This document shows, one piece after another, positions 34,097 to 44,092 of a stretch of DNA of 64,000 bases. Under the pieces are notes generated by a model. That model did no database searches. It had not been told where the DNA came from and saw nothing but the letters and a program-made list of their open reading frames with translations. The translations under genes were made by a program, and so were the position numbers. This stretch comes from an uncultured Chloroflexia bacterium (GTDB taxonomy: Bacteria > Chloroflexota > Limnocylindria > Limnocylindrales > CSP1-4), in NCBI GenBank assembly GCA_963763775.1, contig CAVXPZ010000001.1, positions 992,001-1,056,000 of the forward strand. Reading direction: 5' to 3'. How positions within the stretch are numbered: position 1 is the first letter of the stretch; the number at the start of each line of letters is the position of its first letter.

Positions 34097-34570
34097 TCAG
34101 CCTGTCGCGTCGAGGGCGGCCTCCAGTCGCTCGAGGAGCGGGATCTGCCGGTCCTTGATCTTCAGGCGCGCGGCCGCCGGGTCGAACCAGGCGACGCGGT
34201 CGATCTCCGGGAACCGGGTGCTGATCCCCGAGTGCGGTGGCCACTCCATCTCGAACTCGTTCGAGATCGACCGGGCCGGGTCCAGGTCGCCCTCGACGGC
34301 CCAGGCGTGGACGACCTTGCCACCCTTCTGCGTGACGGACCCGAGATCGATGACGGGACCATCCGGGACGGGGTGGCCGGTCTCCTCGGCGAACTCGCGG
34401 CGGGCTACCTCGAGGAACGGCTCGGCGCTGTGGTCGGGCTCCCCTTTCGGGATGGACCAGGAGCCGTCGTCGCGCTTCGCGAACATCGGGCCACCCGGGT
34501 GCGCGAGGAGGACCTCGAGGCCGTCGCGCTGCCGATAGAGGAGGATCCCTGCACTCGTCCGCGTCGCCAT
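34097..34570 (-). CDS. NUDIX hydrolase
   Basis: HPGGP, WSIPKGE, ARREFAEETG, FPEIDR. Confidence 0.9.
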   Translation of the reverse strand: MATRTSAGILLYRQRDGLEVLLAHPGGPMFAKRDDGSWSIPKGEPDHSAEPFLEVARREFAEETGHPVPDGPVIDLGSVTQKGGKVVHAWAVEGDLDPARSISNEFEMEWPPHSGISTRFPEIDRVAWFDPAAARLKIKDRQIPLLERLEAALDATG

Positions 34571-34628
34571 CGCCTCCCATGGTACGGGCGGCGACGGCCG
34601 GCCACGACCCGGCCCGTGGCGGCGGGCG

Positions 34629-35078
34629 TCAGCCCTCGGCGAGGATCGGCAGGAGCATGCGGTCCTCGCACTCCATGTGGGCGCGGAGGAGTCCCTCGAG
34701 CCCGAAGATCCGGTAGCGCAGCTCGGTGGCCTGCGGATGCGTCAGCTCGTGACCCAGCGCGGCCTGTTCGGTCGCCAGTCCCCGGACAGCGGCCCGGATC
34801 TGCTGGTGCTCGAAGCGCATCGTCCTGGTGGCCCACGGGGTGTCGGTGCGCTGGTCGATCTCCGGGTAGAGCCACGTCTCCTCCCAGGCCACGTGGTCTT
34901 CGAGATCGTGCTCGAGCCAGAGGATCACCCGGTGAAGGGCGACCGACACCTCGCCGACCGAGTGATGGCCGACGGAGGCACCGACGTCGTGGAGCCGATC
35001 GAACCCCCGGAGCAGCTCCCGGTGCTCGTGCACCACGAATTCCCGTTCCGCCACCGCGTCGTGCATCGGCCTGGCCAT
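34629..35078 (-). CDS. Hemerythrin domain protein
   Basis: EH, HVAWEE, EH, HMECED; AGGAGG RBS. Confidence 0.85.
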   Translation of the reverse strand: MARPMHDAVAEREFVVHEHRELLRGFDRLHDVGASVGHHSVGEVSVALHRVILWLEHDLEDHVAWEETWLYPEIDQRTDTPWATRTMRFEHQQIRAAVRGLATEQAALGHELTHPQATELRYRIFGLEGLLRAHMECEDRMLLPILAEG

Positions 35079-35330
35079 CGCCCACCTCCTTCGCGGCCCT
35101 CGGCCGCACCCTGAGTCTCGGACACCAGGGGTCGCTAGCCCTAGGGCCGCGGGGCATCTCGTCACGGGCCGCTCGGACCGAACACCGTGCCCGCGTCCGC
35201 GGCCGTCGCGGCGGCTCGAGCGAGAGGTCGGGCCGTTCGTCACGCGGCAACGCACCCGATGGCCGATGCGGCTGCCCGCCCCCGGCCGGAGACTCGGGAG
35301 GCGAATGACGCCGCTAGGAGGCACGATCCG

Positions 35331-35861
35331 ATGGATGATCGCCGCGCTCCGCGTGGGCACGAACGGCCCCGCGCCCTCATCTGGGTGGACACGCGAGAGG
35401 CCATCGTCGTCCGCTGGGAGGACGAGCAGGCCCGGATCGTCCGCGTGACCTCCGAGGTGCCGGACCAGCACAAGTCGATGGGTCACGTCCGCCACGATCC
35501 GGCGGTCCGCCATGGCGGCGGTCGCTCCCAGGCGGCGGAGACGACGCGGCGAGACGCGTACCTGCACCGGTTCCTGAAGGACGTCCTCCGCCACGTGCCC
35601 GTGGCCACGGACCTCACGATCCTCGGCCCGGGCTCGATCCACGACCACCTCGCCAAGCTCATCCGGGCGGCGGACCACGAGCACCGGGATCCGCGCGAGG
35701 TGGTCGGGCGCCGGTCGTCTCGTCTGACCGACCGGCAGCTCATCGCGTTCCTTCGCGAACTGGACGACGACGCGGCGCCGCGTCGCATCGATGACGGTCC
35801 GCCGCCGATCGAGACGCCAGCGCGTCGGCGGGACGGCGTCCCCGTCAGGGGATCGGCCTAG
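35331..35861 (+). CDS. eRF1-domain-2-like / host-attachment-like protein
   Basis: IWVDTREA, ILGPG, LTDRQLIA; family recognised by pattern only. Confidence 0.55.
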   Translation: MDDRRAPRGHERPRALIWVDTREAIVVRWEDEQARIVRVTSEVPDQHKSMGHVRHDPAVRHGGGRSQAAETTRRDAYLHRFLKDVLRHVPVATDLTILGPGSIHDHLAKLIRAADHEHRDPREVVGRRSSRLTDRQLIAFLRELDDDAAPRRIDDGPPPIETPARRRDGVPVRGSA

Positions 35862-35968
35862 GAGCCTGTCCGAGGGTCCGCCCAGGCGGGGATGGACCCC
35901 GTGGGGAACGGACTGGCCGTCCGGTCCGACGCGAGCCGGGGCGGACGGCCAGTCGCTCCTCCGAAGCG

Positions 35969-36370
35969 TCAGCGCGCGATGACGACCGTCGCGTCGGCGT
36001 GCGTGGCGACGTGCTCGGACACGCTGCCCTGCAGCACGCGCCCGACGGCGCTCATCCCGCGGGTGCCCATCACGATGACGTCGTACTTGCCCTCGCTGGC
36101 GACCTTCTCGATCACCGGGCCAGGGGCCCCGGAGGGCTCGAGCAGCTCCGCTTCGATGCCGAGCGCATGGAGGGCGGCGCTCGCCTCCTTGAGCTGGGCG
36201 CTATGGACCTCGGTATCGTCCCAGGGGTCGATGGGGGCGCGTCCCGGGTGGATCGGGACCACACTGACGACCGTCACGGTCGCCTCGAACTTCTTGGCCA
36301 GGTCGGCCGCCAGGGCGAGCGCCTTCTGCGCGGGCTCGGCGCCGTCATAGGCCAGCAGGATCCGCTGCAT
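35969..36370 (-). CDS. Universal stress protein
   Basis: ILLAYDG, IVMGTRG...GSVSEHV. Confidence 0.92.
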   Translation of the reverse strand: MQRILLAYDGAEPAQKALALAADLAKKFEATVTVVSVVPIHPGRAPIDPWDDTEVHSAQLKEASAALHALGIEAELLEPSGAPGPVIEKVASEGKYDVIVMGTRGMSAVGRVLQGSVSEHVATHADATVVIAR

Positions 36371-36507
36371 CGCGACTCCGCTCCTTTCCGGCGGGACCGA
36401 CCAGGGTGTCGGTGTCCGCGTCGAGCGTGGTCCGACCGGCGTCCGAGCACACCGGCCCCAGGTCACGACCCGACGGGCCATCCGGCCCACCGGATGGGGG
36501 CCGGTCC

Positions 36508-37035
36508 TCAGGCGGCGGTCGAGAGCACCGGCGGCAGATCCAGCGTCGCGGTCACGACACCGGCTCGTGGCGTCGACAGGCGCGTCGGGACGCGGACGGA
36601 TCGCAGCAGTCCGAGGATGGCGCTGTTCGTCGTCAGCATCGACGCCTGGAGGCGCCGGACGTGATGACGGCCCGCCCAGTCGACCGCGGCGTTCAGGAGG
36701 GCGGTCCCGATATGCCGGCCCTGCCAGCGATCGGCCACGGCGACCGCCATCTCGACGGTCTCGTCGCCGGCGGGCTCGAGGCAGAGATGGCCCACGATCA
36801 CGGCGCCGGTCGCCGGGCCGACCGTCGCGGTCGCGACGAACCCCTCGCGGTGCTCGTGGTCCGGGCCGCAGAAGACCGTCGCGGTCCCGGCAGAGATGCC
36901 ATGGGCGACGCCGTGGAACCGCGACCAGAGGCTCTCGTCGGAGAGGCCGGCATAGAACGCCGCGAGCGCGGTCTGGTCGTCCGGACCGATCGGCCGGATG
37001 GTGATGCCGACAGGCAAGGTCGCGGCGGTTCCCAT
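36508..37035 (-). CDS. GNAT N-acetyltransferase (Pat/PatZ GNAT-like)
   Basis: IRPIGPDD, LSDESLWSRF, AVADRWQGRHIGT. Confidence 0.8.
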   Translation of the reverse strand: MGTAATLPVGITIRPIGPDDQTALAAFYAGLSDESLWSRFHGVAHGISAGTATVFCGPDHEHREGFVATATVGPATGAVIVGHLCLEPAGDETVEMAVAVADRWQGRHIGTALLNAAVDWAGRHHVRRLQASMLTTNSAILGLLRSVRVPTRLSTPRAGVVTATLDLPPVLSTAA

Positions 37036-37158
37036 GCTCGCAGCGTCCCGCGCCCGGCGCGTGAGCGACAAGGGCCGAACGTCACGCCCGGAACGGGCCA
37101 CCGGACCGATGCCACAGCCATCGCGGGTCACGAGCATGTGGTCATGGAGGAGGTCGTG

Positions 37159-37596
37159 ATGACGGTCGAGCGGTCCCACGGCATCGATGCGCCGCTCCCG
37201 GTGGGCGCGGTCATGACCCCGTTCCCTGTCGTCGTGCGGGTGGACACATCCCTCGACGAGATCGCCGAACTCCTGGCGGAGAACGACGTCTCGGGCGTCC
37301 CGGTCGTCGACGCCTCCGGGGTCCTCGTCGGCGTGGTCAGCCAGACGGACCTGATCCGAGCCGCGGCGTCGTCCGGCCACGGGCTGCGTCCGTGGACCGG
37401 GTATACGGCGCGGCACGTCATGAGCCGCCACCCGGTCATCGCCCACGAGGACACGCCCCTGGTCGAGGCGGCGAGGCGCCTGGAGCGCCACGGGATCCAC
37501 CGGCTGGTGGTCGTCGCCGCGGACGGCACGACGCCGATCGGCGTGGTGTCGATCAGCGACCTGCTGCCCCTGCTCGTCGACGCCGCCGACATCTGA
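37159..37596 (+). CDS. CBS domain pair protein
   Basis: VSGVPVVD, GVVSQTDL, IHRLVVV. Confidence 0.88.
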   Translation: MTVERSHGIDAPLPVGAVMTPFPVVVRVDTSLDEIAELLAENDVSGVPVVDASGVLVGVVSQTDLIRAAASSGHGLRPWTGYTARHVMSRHPVIAHEDTPLVEAARRLERHGIHRLVVVAADGTTPIGVVSISDLLPLLVDAADI

Positions 37597-37716
37597 CGCC
37601 TCGCCGGCGTCCCTCCCGCCCGGACCCGCCGTGACGTCTGGCCACGCCGTTCGGGCCGAACGGCACGCGGGCGGACCGGGCCCACTCCGTACGGTGGGAC
37701 TCGCAAGGAGGTCGCC

Positions 37717-38196
37717 ATGATCGGCGCGTCGGGACCCGTCACGCTTCGGGACACCTGGTTCGGCTCGCGGCTCCCGGAGGACGCGCTCGCCCGGCTCGAG
37801 GCCCGCGTCCGGTCCGCGTCGTACGCGGCCGGGGCCGAGATCCTCCGCGAGGGCGAGCCGACCGCCTCGTTGGGCGTCGTCGCCCGCGGGCGCGTGGCGC
37901 TTCGCCTGCGGGTCCCCGAACGGGGGCCCACGACCATCCTGACCGTCGAGGCCGGCAACATCATCGGTTGGTCCGCGGTCATCCCGCCCCACCGGGCGAC
38001 CTCGACCGTCGTCGCCCTGATGCCCACGGACCTGCTGCTGCTCGACGGCGCGACGCTCCGCGCCGAGCTCGACGCCGACCCGGTCCTGGGCGCCGCCGTC
38101 TATCGCTCGCTCCTCGAGGCGTTGGCGCATCGGCTCAGCGGGACGCGGATGCAGCTGCTCGACCTGTTCTCGCAGCACGGAGACGAACCGTGGTGA
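37717..38196 (+). CDS. Cyclic nucleotide-binding domain protein (hydrogenase-associated)
   Basis: ILREGE, GNIIGWS, TRMQLLDLF. Confidence 0.85.
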   Translation: MIGASGPVTLRDTWFGSRLPEDALARLEARVRSASYAAGAEILREGEPTASLGVVARGRVALRLRVPERGPTTILTVEAGNIIGWSAVIPPHRATSTVVALMPTDLLLLDGATLRAELDADPVLGAAVYRSLLEALAHRLSGTRMQLLDLFSQHGDEPW

Positions 38197-40226
38197 TCGC
38201 GACGCCCGCCCCCGCGTTCCTCCCCCGTCCGGATCTCGACCGCCTGCTCGAGCTGCTGCACGCCGACGGCCGACGGGTGATCGGACCGACGATCAGCCAG
38301 GGCGCCGTCGTGTACGGCGAGATCGCGTCGGCGGCCGACCTCCCGGCCGGATGGACCGCCGACCAGGGCCCGGGCTCGTATCGACTGCGGCGGACCGGCT
38401 CGGAGCGTGCCTTCGACTACGCGGTCGGGCCGGCGGCCTGGAAGCACGAGACCTTCCCGCCGCGCGTGCCGATGACGGTCGGCCACCGCGTCGACGGGCA
38501 GTCCTCCTTCGAGGATGTCGTCCCCGACCCGCCGTCCGTCGCCTTCCTGGGCGTGCGCGGTTGCGAGATCGCCGCCCTGCTGACGCAGGACCGGGTCCTG
38601 GCCGCCGGTCCCGCGGTGGACCGGGACTACGTGGCCCGCCGAGCCGCCGCGCTGGTCATCGCCGTCGAATGCTCCGTCCCGGCGGACACCTGCTTCTGCA
38701 CCTCGATGGGCACCGGTCCCGAAGTGACCAGCGGCTTCGACCTCGCCCTGACCGAACTCGACGACGGATTCGTCGTGCGGTCCGGGTCGGAGGCCGGGGA
38801 AGGGCTGCTGGCCCGGCTCGACCTGGGGCCCGCTGGTGAGGCTCGCGAGGCCGCCGCCCGATCGTCCGTGGCGGCCGCCCGCGAGCGGATCGGCGACCCG
38901 GTCCCGACGGCCGGTCTCCCGGCCCGACTGATCGCCGCGGCCGACAGCCCGCGCTGGGCGGAGATCGCCGAGCGGTGCCTCGCGTGCGCCAACTGCACGC
39001 TCGTGTGCCCGACCTGCTTCTGCACCAGCGTCACCCAGGTGTCCGACCTCGACGGCGCGGAGTCGATCGCCGAACGGTCGTGGGACAGCTGCTTCACGGT
39101 CGGGTTCGCCCGGGTCGCGGGCGGCAACTTCCGGCCGCGCACCCAGGACCGGTACCGCCAATGGCTGACGCACAAGTTCGGGACCTGGTGGGACCAGTTC
39201 GGGACGTCGGGCTGCGTCGGCTGTGGCCGGTGCATCACGTGGTGCCCGGTCGGCATCGACATCCGCGAGGAACTGATGGCCGTCGCGCCGCCCGCGGCTC
39301 TGGGCGGGATCGAGGCCTCCCCGATCGCCCGGTCCCCCGCGGCCGAGCGGTCGCCGGTCGCTCCTTCGGCGGCTCTCCGCGCCGTCGGCCGCCCGCTGCC
39401 AGTCATCGACGCGTTGTCGCCGACGTACGCCCGGGCCTTCGTCGTCGAGCGCCGACGCGAGACCCACGATGTCGTGACGCTGCGGCTCGAGGTCGACGAC
39501 CCCGGGATCCTCGCGGGACGACCCGGGCAGTTCGTCATGGCGGCGCTTCCCGCGTTCTCGGCCGCCCCCATCTCCGTGTCGCGCTTCCGCCCCGACGGCA
39601 TCGAGCTCTCCGTCCGTGCCGCGGGCGCGGCGACGCGCGCGATCTGCGGCCTGCGTCGCGGCGACTCGCTCGGCGTCCGTGGGCCTCTCGGTCGCGGCTG
39701 GCCGGTCGAGGTCGCGCACGACCGCGACGTGATCGTCGTGACGGGTGGGATCGGGCTCGCCCCGCTCCGACCCCTCGTCGACGCCGTGCTCGCCGACCGC
39801 GACCACTTCGGGATGGTCCGATTGATGTACGGCGCGCGGACGCCCGGCGATCGTCTCTTCGTGGACGAGCTTTCCGCCTTGACCGCTCGCCAGGACCTCG
39901 ACGTCGGCCAGACCGTCGACCGCGCCGGGCCGGATTGGCTCGGACGCGTCGGCGTCGTGACCGAGCTGTTCGACCAGGCGCGATGGAACGGCGCGCGCGC
40001 CACGGCGTTCATCTGCGGCCCCGAGCGGATGATCGAGGCCACCGTCGAGGTCCTGCGGGACCGCGGCATGACCGACGACCGGATCTGGGTGACGCTCGAG
40101 CGCCACATGGAGTGCGGCGTGGGCCTGTGCGGCCACTGCCAGCTCGGGAAGGTGTTCGTGTGCCGCGACGGGCCGGTGTTCTCGCTCGCCGAGCTCGGTC
40201 CGGACTTCGGACGGGAGGGGCTGTGA
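38193..40226 (+). CDS. Fused group 3b NiFe hydrogenase beta (4Fe-4S) + gamma (FAD/NAD(P)-binding) subunit
   Basis: CFCTSMG, CLACANCTLVCPTCFC, CVGCGRCITWCP; then PGQF, RGPLG, GGIGLAP, CGPE, CGVGLCGHC, all in one frame. Confidence 0.88.
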   Translation: MIATPAPAFLPRPDLDRLLELLHADGRRVIGPTISQGAVVYGEIASAADLPAGWTADQGPGSYRLRRTGSERAFDYAVGPAAWKHETFPPRVPMTVGHRVDGQSSFEDVVPDPPSVAFLGVRGCEIAALLTQDRVLAAGPAVDRDYVARRAAALVIAVECSVPADTCFCTSMGTGPEVTSGFDLALTELDDGFVVRSGSEAGEGLLARLDLGPAGEAREAAARSSVAAARERIGDPVPTAGLPARLIAAADSPRWAEIAERCLACANCTLVCPTCFCTSVTQVSDLDGAESIAERSWDSCFTVGFARVAGGNFRPRTQDRYRQWLTHKFGTWWDQFGTSGCVGCGRCITWCPVGIDIREELMAVAPPAALGGIEASPIARSPAAERSPVAPSAALRAVGRPLPVIDALSPTYARAFVVERRRETHDVVTLRLEVDDPGILAGRPGQFVMAALPAFSAAPISVSRFRPDGIELSVRAAGAATRAICGLRRGDSLGVRGPLGRGWPVEVAHDRDVIVVTGGIGLAPLRPLVDAVLADRDHFGMVRLMYGARTPGDRLFVDELSALTARQDLDVGQTVDRAGPDWLGRVGVVTELFDQARWNGARATAFICGPERMIEATVEVLRDRGMTDDRIWVTLERHMECGVGLCGHCQLGKVFVCRDGPVFSLAELGPDFGREGL

Positions 40227-41056
40227 TGACCGGGGTCGCTCGAGCCACCGTCGCGCCACGACCGCGTCTCGGGATCATGAAGATGGCGTCCTGCGACGGG
40301 TGCCAGCTGACCTTGCTGGACCTCGAGGACCACCTGCTCGACCTGCTGGGTCGCTTCGACCTGGTCGAGTTCGCGGAAGCCTCCGACTACCGCTCGTCGG
40401 GGCCGTACGACATCGTGCTCGTCGAAGGCTCGGTCAGTACCCCGGAACAGGCCGAGGAGATCGTCCGGATCCGCCGGGAGACGCCGCTCCTGGTCACCAT
40501 CGGGGCGTGTGCCACGGCCGGCGGCATCCAGGCCCTCCGCAACTGGGCCGATCACGACGCGTATCGGGCCGCGGTCTACGCGCATCCCGAATACGTCGAG
40601 TCGCTCGCGACGGCGACACCGATCGCCGACCACGTCGCCGTCGATGCCGAGCTGCGCGGGTGTCCGATCGACCCGGGTCAGTTGCTCGAACTCCTGACAT
40701 CGTTGACCGTGGGTCGCCGGCCGCAGCTGCCCGACGAGGCCGTCTGCCTCGAGTGCAAGCGACGCGGCACGGTGTGCGTGCTGGTCACGGGCGTCGGCAC
40801 GTGTCTCGGGCCGGTCACCCACACCGGCTGCGGGGCCCTGTGCCCGGCATTCGCGCGCGGCTGCTACGGCTGTTTCGGGCCGCGCGAGCGGGCGAACGCG
40901 CCGAGCCTCGCCCGATGGTTCGGGCGCGACGGGCAGCCCGACGAGGACACCGCCCGCCTCTTCTCCGGGTTCACCGCCTACGCGAAGCCGTTCCGCGACG
41001 TGATCGACAGCCTGGGTGGACCCCCGGTCGCGGCGAAGCAGCCGGAGGACGCCTGA
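40226..41056 (+). CDS. Group 3b NiFe hydrogenase delta (small) subunit
   Basis: SCDGC, EGS, GACA, GCP, CLEC...CLGPVT...C...CYGC. Confidence 0.92.
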   Translation: MTGVARATVAPRPRLGIMKMASCDGCQLTLLDLEDHLLDLLGRFDLVEFAEASDYRSSGPYDIVLVEGSVSTPEQAEEIVRIRRETPLLVTIGACATAGGIQALRNWADHDAYRAAVYAHPEYVESLATATPIADHVAVDAELRGCPIDPGQLLELLTSLTVGRRPQLPDEAVCLECKRRGTVCVLVTGVGTCLGPVTHTGCGALCPAFARGCYGCFGPRERANAPSLARWFGRDGQPDEDTARLFSGFTAYAKPFRDVIDSLGGPPVAAKQPEDA

Positions 41057-42372
41057 TGCACGGCACCAACCTCGTCTCCACGGAACGCCGTTTCGAGGTC
41101 GCCGGGATCACCCGCGTCGAAGGCGAGGGGTCGCTCCGCCTCGTCGTCCGTGACGGGCGGGTCGAGGAGGCGCAGCTGGCGATCTTCGAGGCGCCGCGCT
41201 ACTTCGAGCAGCTGGTCGTCGGGCGTACGCCGGACGAAGTCCTCGACATCGTCGCCCGCATCTGCGGCATCTGTCCGATCGCCTACCAGATGTCGGCCGT
41301 CCATGCCTTCGAGGACCTCGCGGGGATCGCCATCGATCCAGCGGTGCGGGCCCTGCGACGCCTGCTGTACTGCGGGGAGTGGATCGAGAGCCACGCCCTC
41401 CACGTCTACCTGCTGCACGCCCCGGACTTCCTCGGCTGCGCGAACGCGGTCGAGCTCGCCGCGCTCGACCGGGCGGCCGTCGAGCGCGGCCTCCAGCTCA
41501 AGCAGGCCGGCAACCGGATCGTCTCCGTGCTGGGCGGGCGACCGATCCACCCGGTCAGCGTGCGGGTCGGCGGGTTCTCCCGTGTCCCGACCAGGGCCGA
41601 GCTGGCCGTCCTGCGCCCGGACCTCGAGCGGGCACTCGACCAGGCCCTCGCCACCGTCGACTGGGTGACGGGCTTCTCGCCGCCCGACTTCGAACGCGAG
41701 GAGCGGTTCGTCTGCCTGCGCCATCCGGACGAGTACCCGATGAGTGACGGCCGGATCGTGTCGTCCGACGGCCTCGACCTGGCGCCGACGGCCTGGGAGG
41801 AGGCGTTCGCCGAGGAGCACGTCCCCTGGACGCACGCCCTCCAGTCGCGCATGGCCGATCGCGTGCCGTACCTGCTGGGACCGGCGGCCCGGATCACGCT
41901 GACGCCCGAGCGACTCCATCCGGAGGCGCGGACGGCCCTCGAGCGGACCGGGCTCGCCGGCGAGATCGCCCGCAACCCGAACTGGAGCATCGCGGCCCGG
42001 GCCGTCGAGCTCGTGCACGCGGTGGCCGAGGCCCTCGATGTGATCGACGGCTACGCGCCGCCTGACCGGGCCGCCGAGCCGTACGTCCCCGGCCCCGGGA
42101 CCGCCGCGTGGGCGACCGAGGCGCCGCGCGGTCTCCTCTTCCACCACTACGAGCTCGATGCGCGCGGCCGGATCGCCAGCGCGAAGATCGTCCCCCCGAC
42201 GAGTCAGAACCAGGCGGCCATCGAAGCCGACCTGGCCGCCTTCGCCCCCTCGATCCTCGGCGAGCCGCACGACATCGCCGTCAAGCGACTCGAGATGCTG
42301 ATCCGGAGCTACGACCCGTGCATCTCGTGCGCCACGCACTTCCTCGACCTGCGCGTGGAGGCGGCACCATGA
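41056..42372 (+). CDS. Group 3b NiFe hydrogenase alpha (large) subunit
   Basis: RVEGEG, L1 RICGIC, APRG, L2 DPCISCATH plus cleavable C-terminal tail. Confidence 0.94.
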   Translation: MHGTNLVSTERRFEVAGITRVEGEGSLRLVVRDGRVEEAQLAIFEAPRYFEQLVVGRTPDEVLDIVARICGICPIAYQMSAVHAFEDLAGIAIDPAVRALRRLLYCGEWIESHALHVYLLHAPDFLGCANAVELAALDRAAVERGLQLKQAGNRIVSVLGGRPIHPVSVRVGGFSRVPTRAELAVLRPDLERALDQALATVDWVTGFSPPDFEREERFVCLRHPDEYPMSDGRIVSSDGLDLAPTAWEEAFAEEHVPWTHALQSRMADRVPYLLGPAARITLTPERLHPEARTALERTGLAGEIARNPNWSIAARAVELVHAVAEALDVIDGYAPPDRAAEPYVPGPGTAAWATEAPRGLLFHHYELDARGRIASAKIVPPTSQNQAAIEADLAAFAPSILGEPHDIAVKRLEMLIRSYDPCISCATHFLDLRVEAAP

Positions 42373-42911
42373 ACGGCGTCCTCCCGAGCCCGACGATCCG
42401 CATCGTCGTCTGCGGGAACGCCGACCGGGGCGACGACGGCGCCGCGCTCGTGACGGTGGCGACGCTCCTGCCCGCCCTCCCCCGTCCCCTCCTCAAGAAG
42501 CTCGAGGTGCGCCGCTGCATGGAGTTGCGGGTCGAGGACCTCGTCGACCTGCCGGCCGATGTGTGGTGCCTGATCCTCGATGCCGTGATCGGCGTCGAGC
42601 CCGGAGAGATCGTCAAGATCACGCTCGAGGAGCTCGCGGAACGGCCGGCCTTCACGCCCCGTTCGTCGCACCAGCTCCCGATCGACATGGTCCTGGGCCT
42701 GGCCGGCATCCTGCGCAACGGCCCGGTCATGGGCACGTTCATCGGTCTCGCTGGGCACGGGTTCGGCTACGGGACGCCACTGTCGCGCGTCGTCCGAGCG
42801 GCCATCCCGGCGTATCGGACCGCGATCGAGACCGAGTTGCTGCATCTGGCGGCCCACACCGAGACGACCGCTGACCGCCATCCCGCCAACCACGTCGGCG
42901 GGGAGGCGTGA
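42369..42911 (+). CDS. Hydrogenase maturation protease
   Basis: CGNADRGDDG, ILDA, SSHQ. Confidence 0.85.
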   Translation: MNGVLPSPTIRIVVCGNADRGDDGAALVTVATLLPALPRPLLKKLEVRRCMELRVEDLVDLPADVWCLILDAVIGVEPGEIVKITLEELAERPAFTPRSSHQLPIDMVLGLAGILRNGPVMGTFIGLAGHGFGYGTPLSRVVRAAIPAYRTAIETELLHLAAHTETTADRHPANHVGGEA

Positions 42912-42912
42912 C

Positions 42913-43152
42913 ATGTGCCGCACCACCGTCGGCGCCGTCATCGCCGTGGAGGACGGGGTCGCGCTCGTCGACCTCGACGGGGTCACCCGTCGCGCCATCG
43001 CGCTGATGGTCCCCGACCTGGAGCCGGGCGAGCTCGTGCTCGTCGGACTCGGGACGGTCCTGGGCCGCGTCGCACCGGCCGATCGAGCCGTCCTGGACGC
43101 CCTCGACCGCATCCCGCCGCCAAACCAGCCGGGCGCCCCCGGCCCCGTCTGA
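42913..43152 (+). CDS. hypC: HypC/HupF family hydrogenase chaperone
   Basis: N-terminal MC, small beta-barrel-like sequence; the usual His in LVH is absent (LVLVG). Confidence 0.7.
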   Translation: MCRTTVGAVIAVEDGVALVDLDGVTRRAIALMVPDLEPGELVLVGLGTVLGRVAPADRAVLDALDRIPPPNQPGAPGPV

Positions 43153-43174
43153 TCAGTCCCCCAAGGAGGACACC

Positions 43175-44092
43175 GTGTCGATCCCGCGAACCACCGGATG
43201 GGGGGTGGGGCTCGCTGCCACCACCGCCGTGATCTCCGGCGTCTCCATCTTCGTCAACGGGCTCGTCGTGAAATCGTTCCCGGACCCGGTCGCCCTCACG
43301 GGAGCCCGCAACGCCATGGTCGGGTTCGTGCTCGTGGCGATCCTGCTGGCGACCGGGGGTCTGGCCGAAGTCCGCGCGCTCGACCGGCGGCGGGCGGGCG
43401 GACTGGTCGTCCTCGCGGTCATCGGCGGCAGCGTGCCGTTCATCCTGTTCTTCAGCGGCCTCGCGGCCGCTACCGGCCCGGGCGCGGCGTTCATCCAGAA
43501 GACCCTGTTCATCTGGGTGGCCGTCCTCGCGATGGTCTTCCTCGGCGAGTCACTCGGGATCGCCCAGGTCCTCGCGCTCGGCGCCCTCCTGGCGGGCGTC
43601 ATCCTCGTCGGGCCGAGTGCGGCCCCCGGCGCCGGGCCGGCGGAGTTCATGATCCTGGTCGCCACCCTGTTCTGGGCCGTCGAGGTGATCGTGGCTCGGC
43701 GCCTGCTCGGGTCCGAGGGCGTCAGCGTCCGCCTGGCGGCCGCATCGCGGATGGCCCTCGGCGCGCTCGTCATCGCGGGGTTCCTGCTGGTCACCGGCCG
43801 GATCGGCGCGGTGGCCGCCTTCACGCTCGACCAATGGGCCATCGTCGCGACGACCGGCGCGCTCCTGCTCGGGTACGTGACCACCTGGTACGCCGCCCTG
43901 CAGCGAGCCCCCGCGAGCATCGTCACGGCGGTGCTGGTCGGGGGCGCCCTCATCACCGCCGCGCTGTCCTCGATCCGCACCGGCGAGCTCCCCGCCCCGA
44001 CCGCCGAGGGCGGGCTCGTCCTCCTGGCCGTCGCGATCGCGATGGTGGCGTGGACAGGCACCCGATCGCGGCAGACGCGTGTCGTGGCATGA
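43175..44092 (+). CDS. DMT/EamA family transporter
   Basis: 10 TM helices, LGE loop, two-repeat layout. Confidence 0.8.
   Translation: MSIPRTTGWGVGLAATTAVISGVSIFVNGLVVKSFPDPVALTGARNAMVGFVLVAILLATGGLAEVRALDRRRAGGLVVLAVIGGSVPFILFFSGLAAATGPGAAFIQKTLFIWVAVLAMVFLGESLGIAQVLALGALLAGVILVGPSAAPGAGPAEFMILVATLFWAVEVIVARRLLGSEGVSVRLAAASRMALGALVIAGFLLVTGRIGAVAAFTLDQWAIVATTGALLLGYVTTWYAALQRAPASIVTAVLVGGALITAALSSIRTGELPAPTAEGGLVLLAVAIAMVAWTGTRSRQTRVVA

Noticed and set aside
41056-42372. NiFeSe hydrogenase
   Set aside because: All four metal ligands are Cys codons; there is no in-frame TGA.
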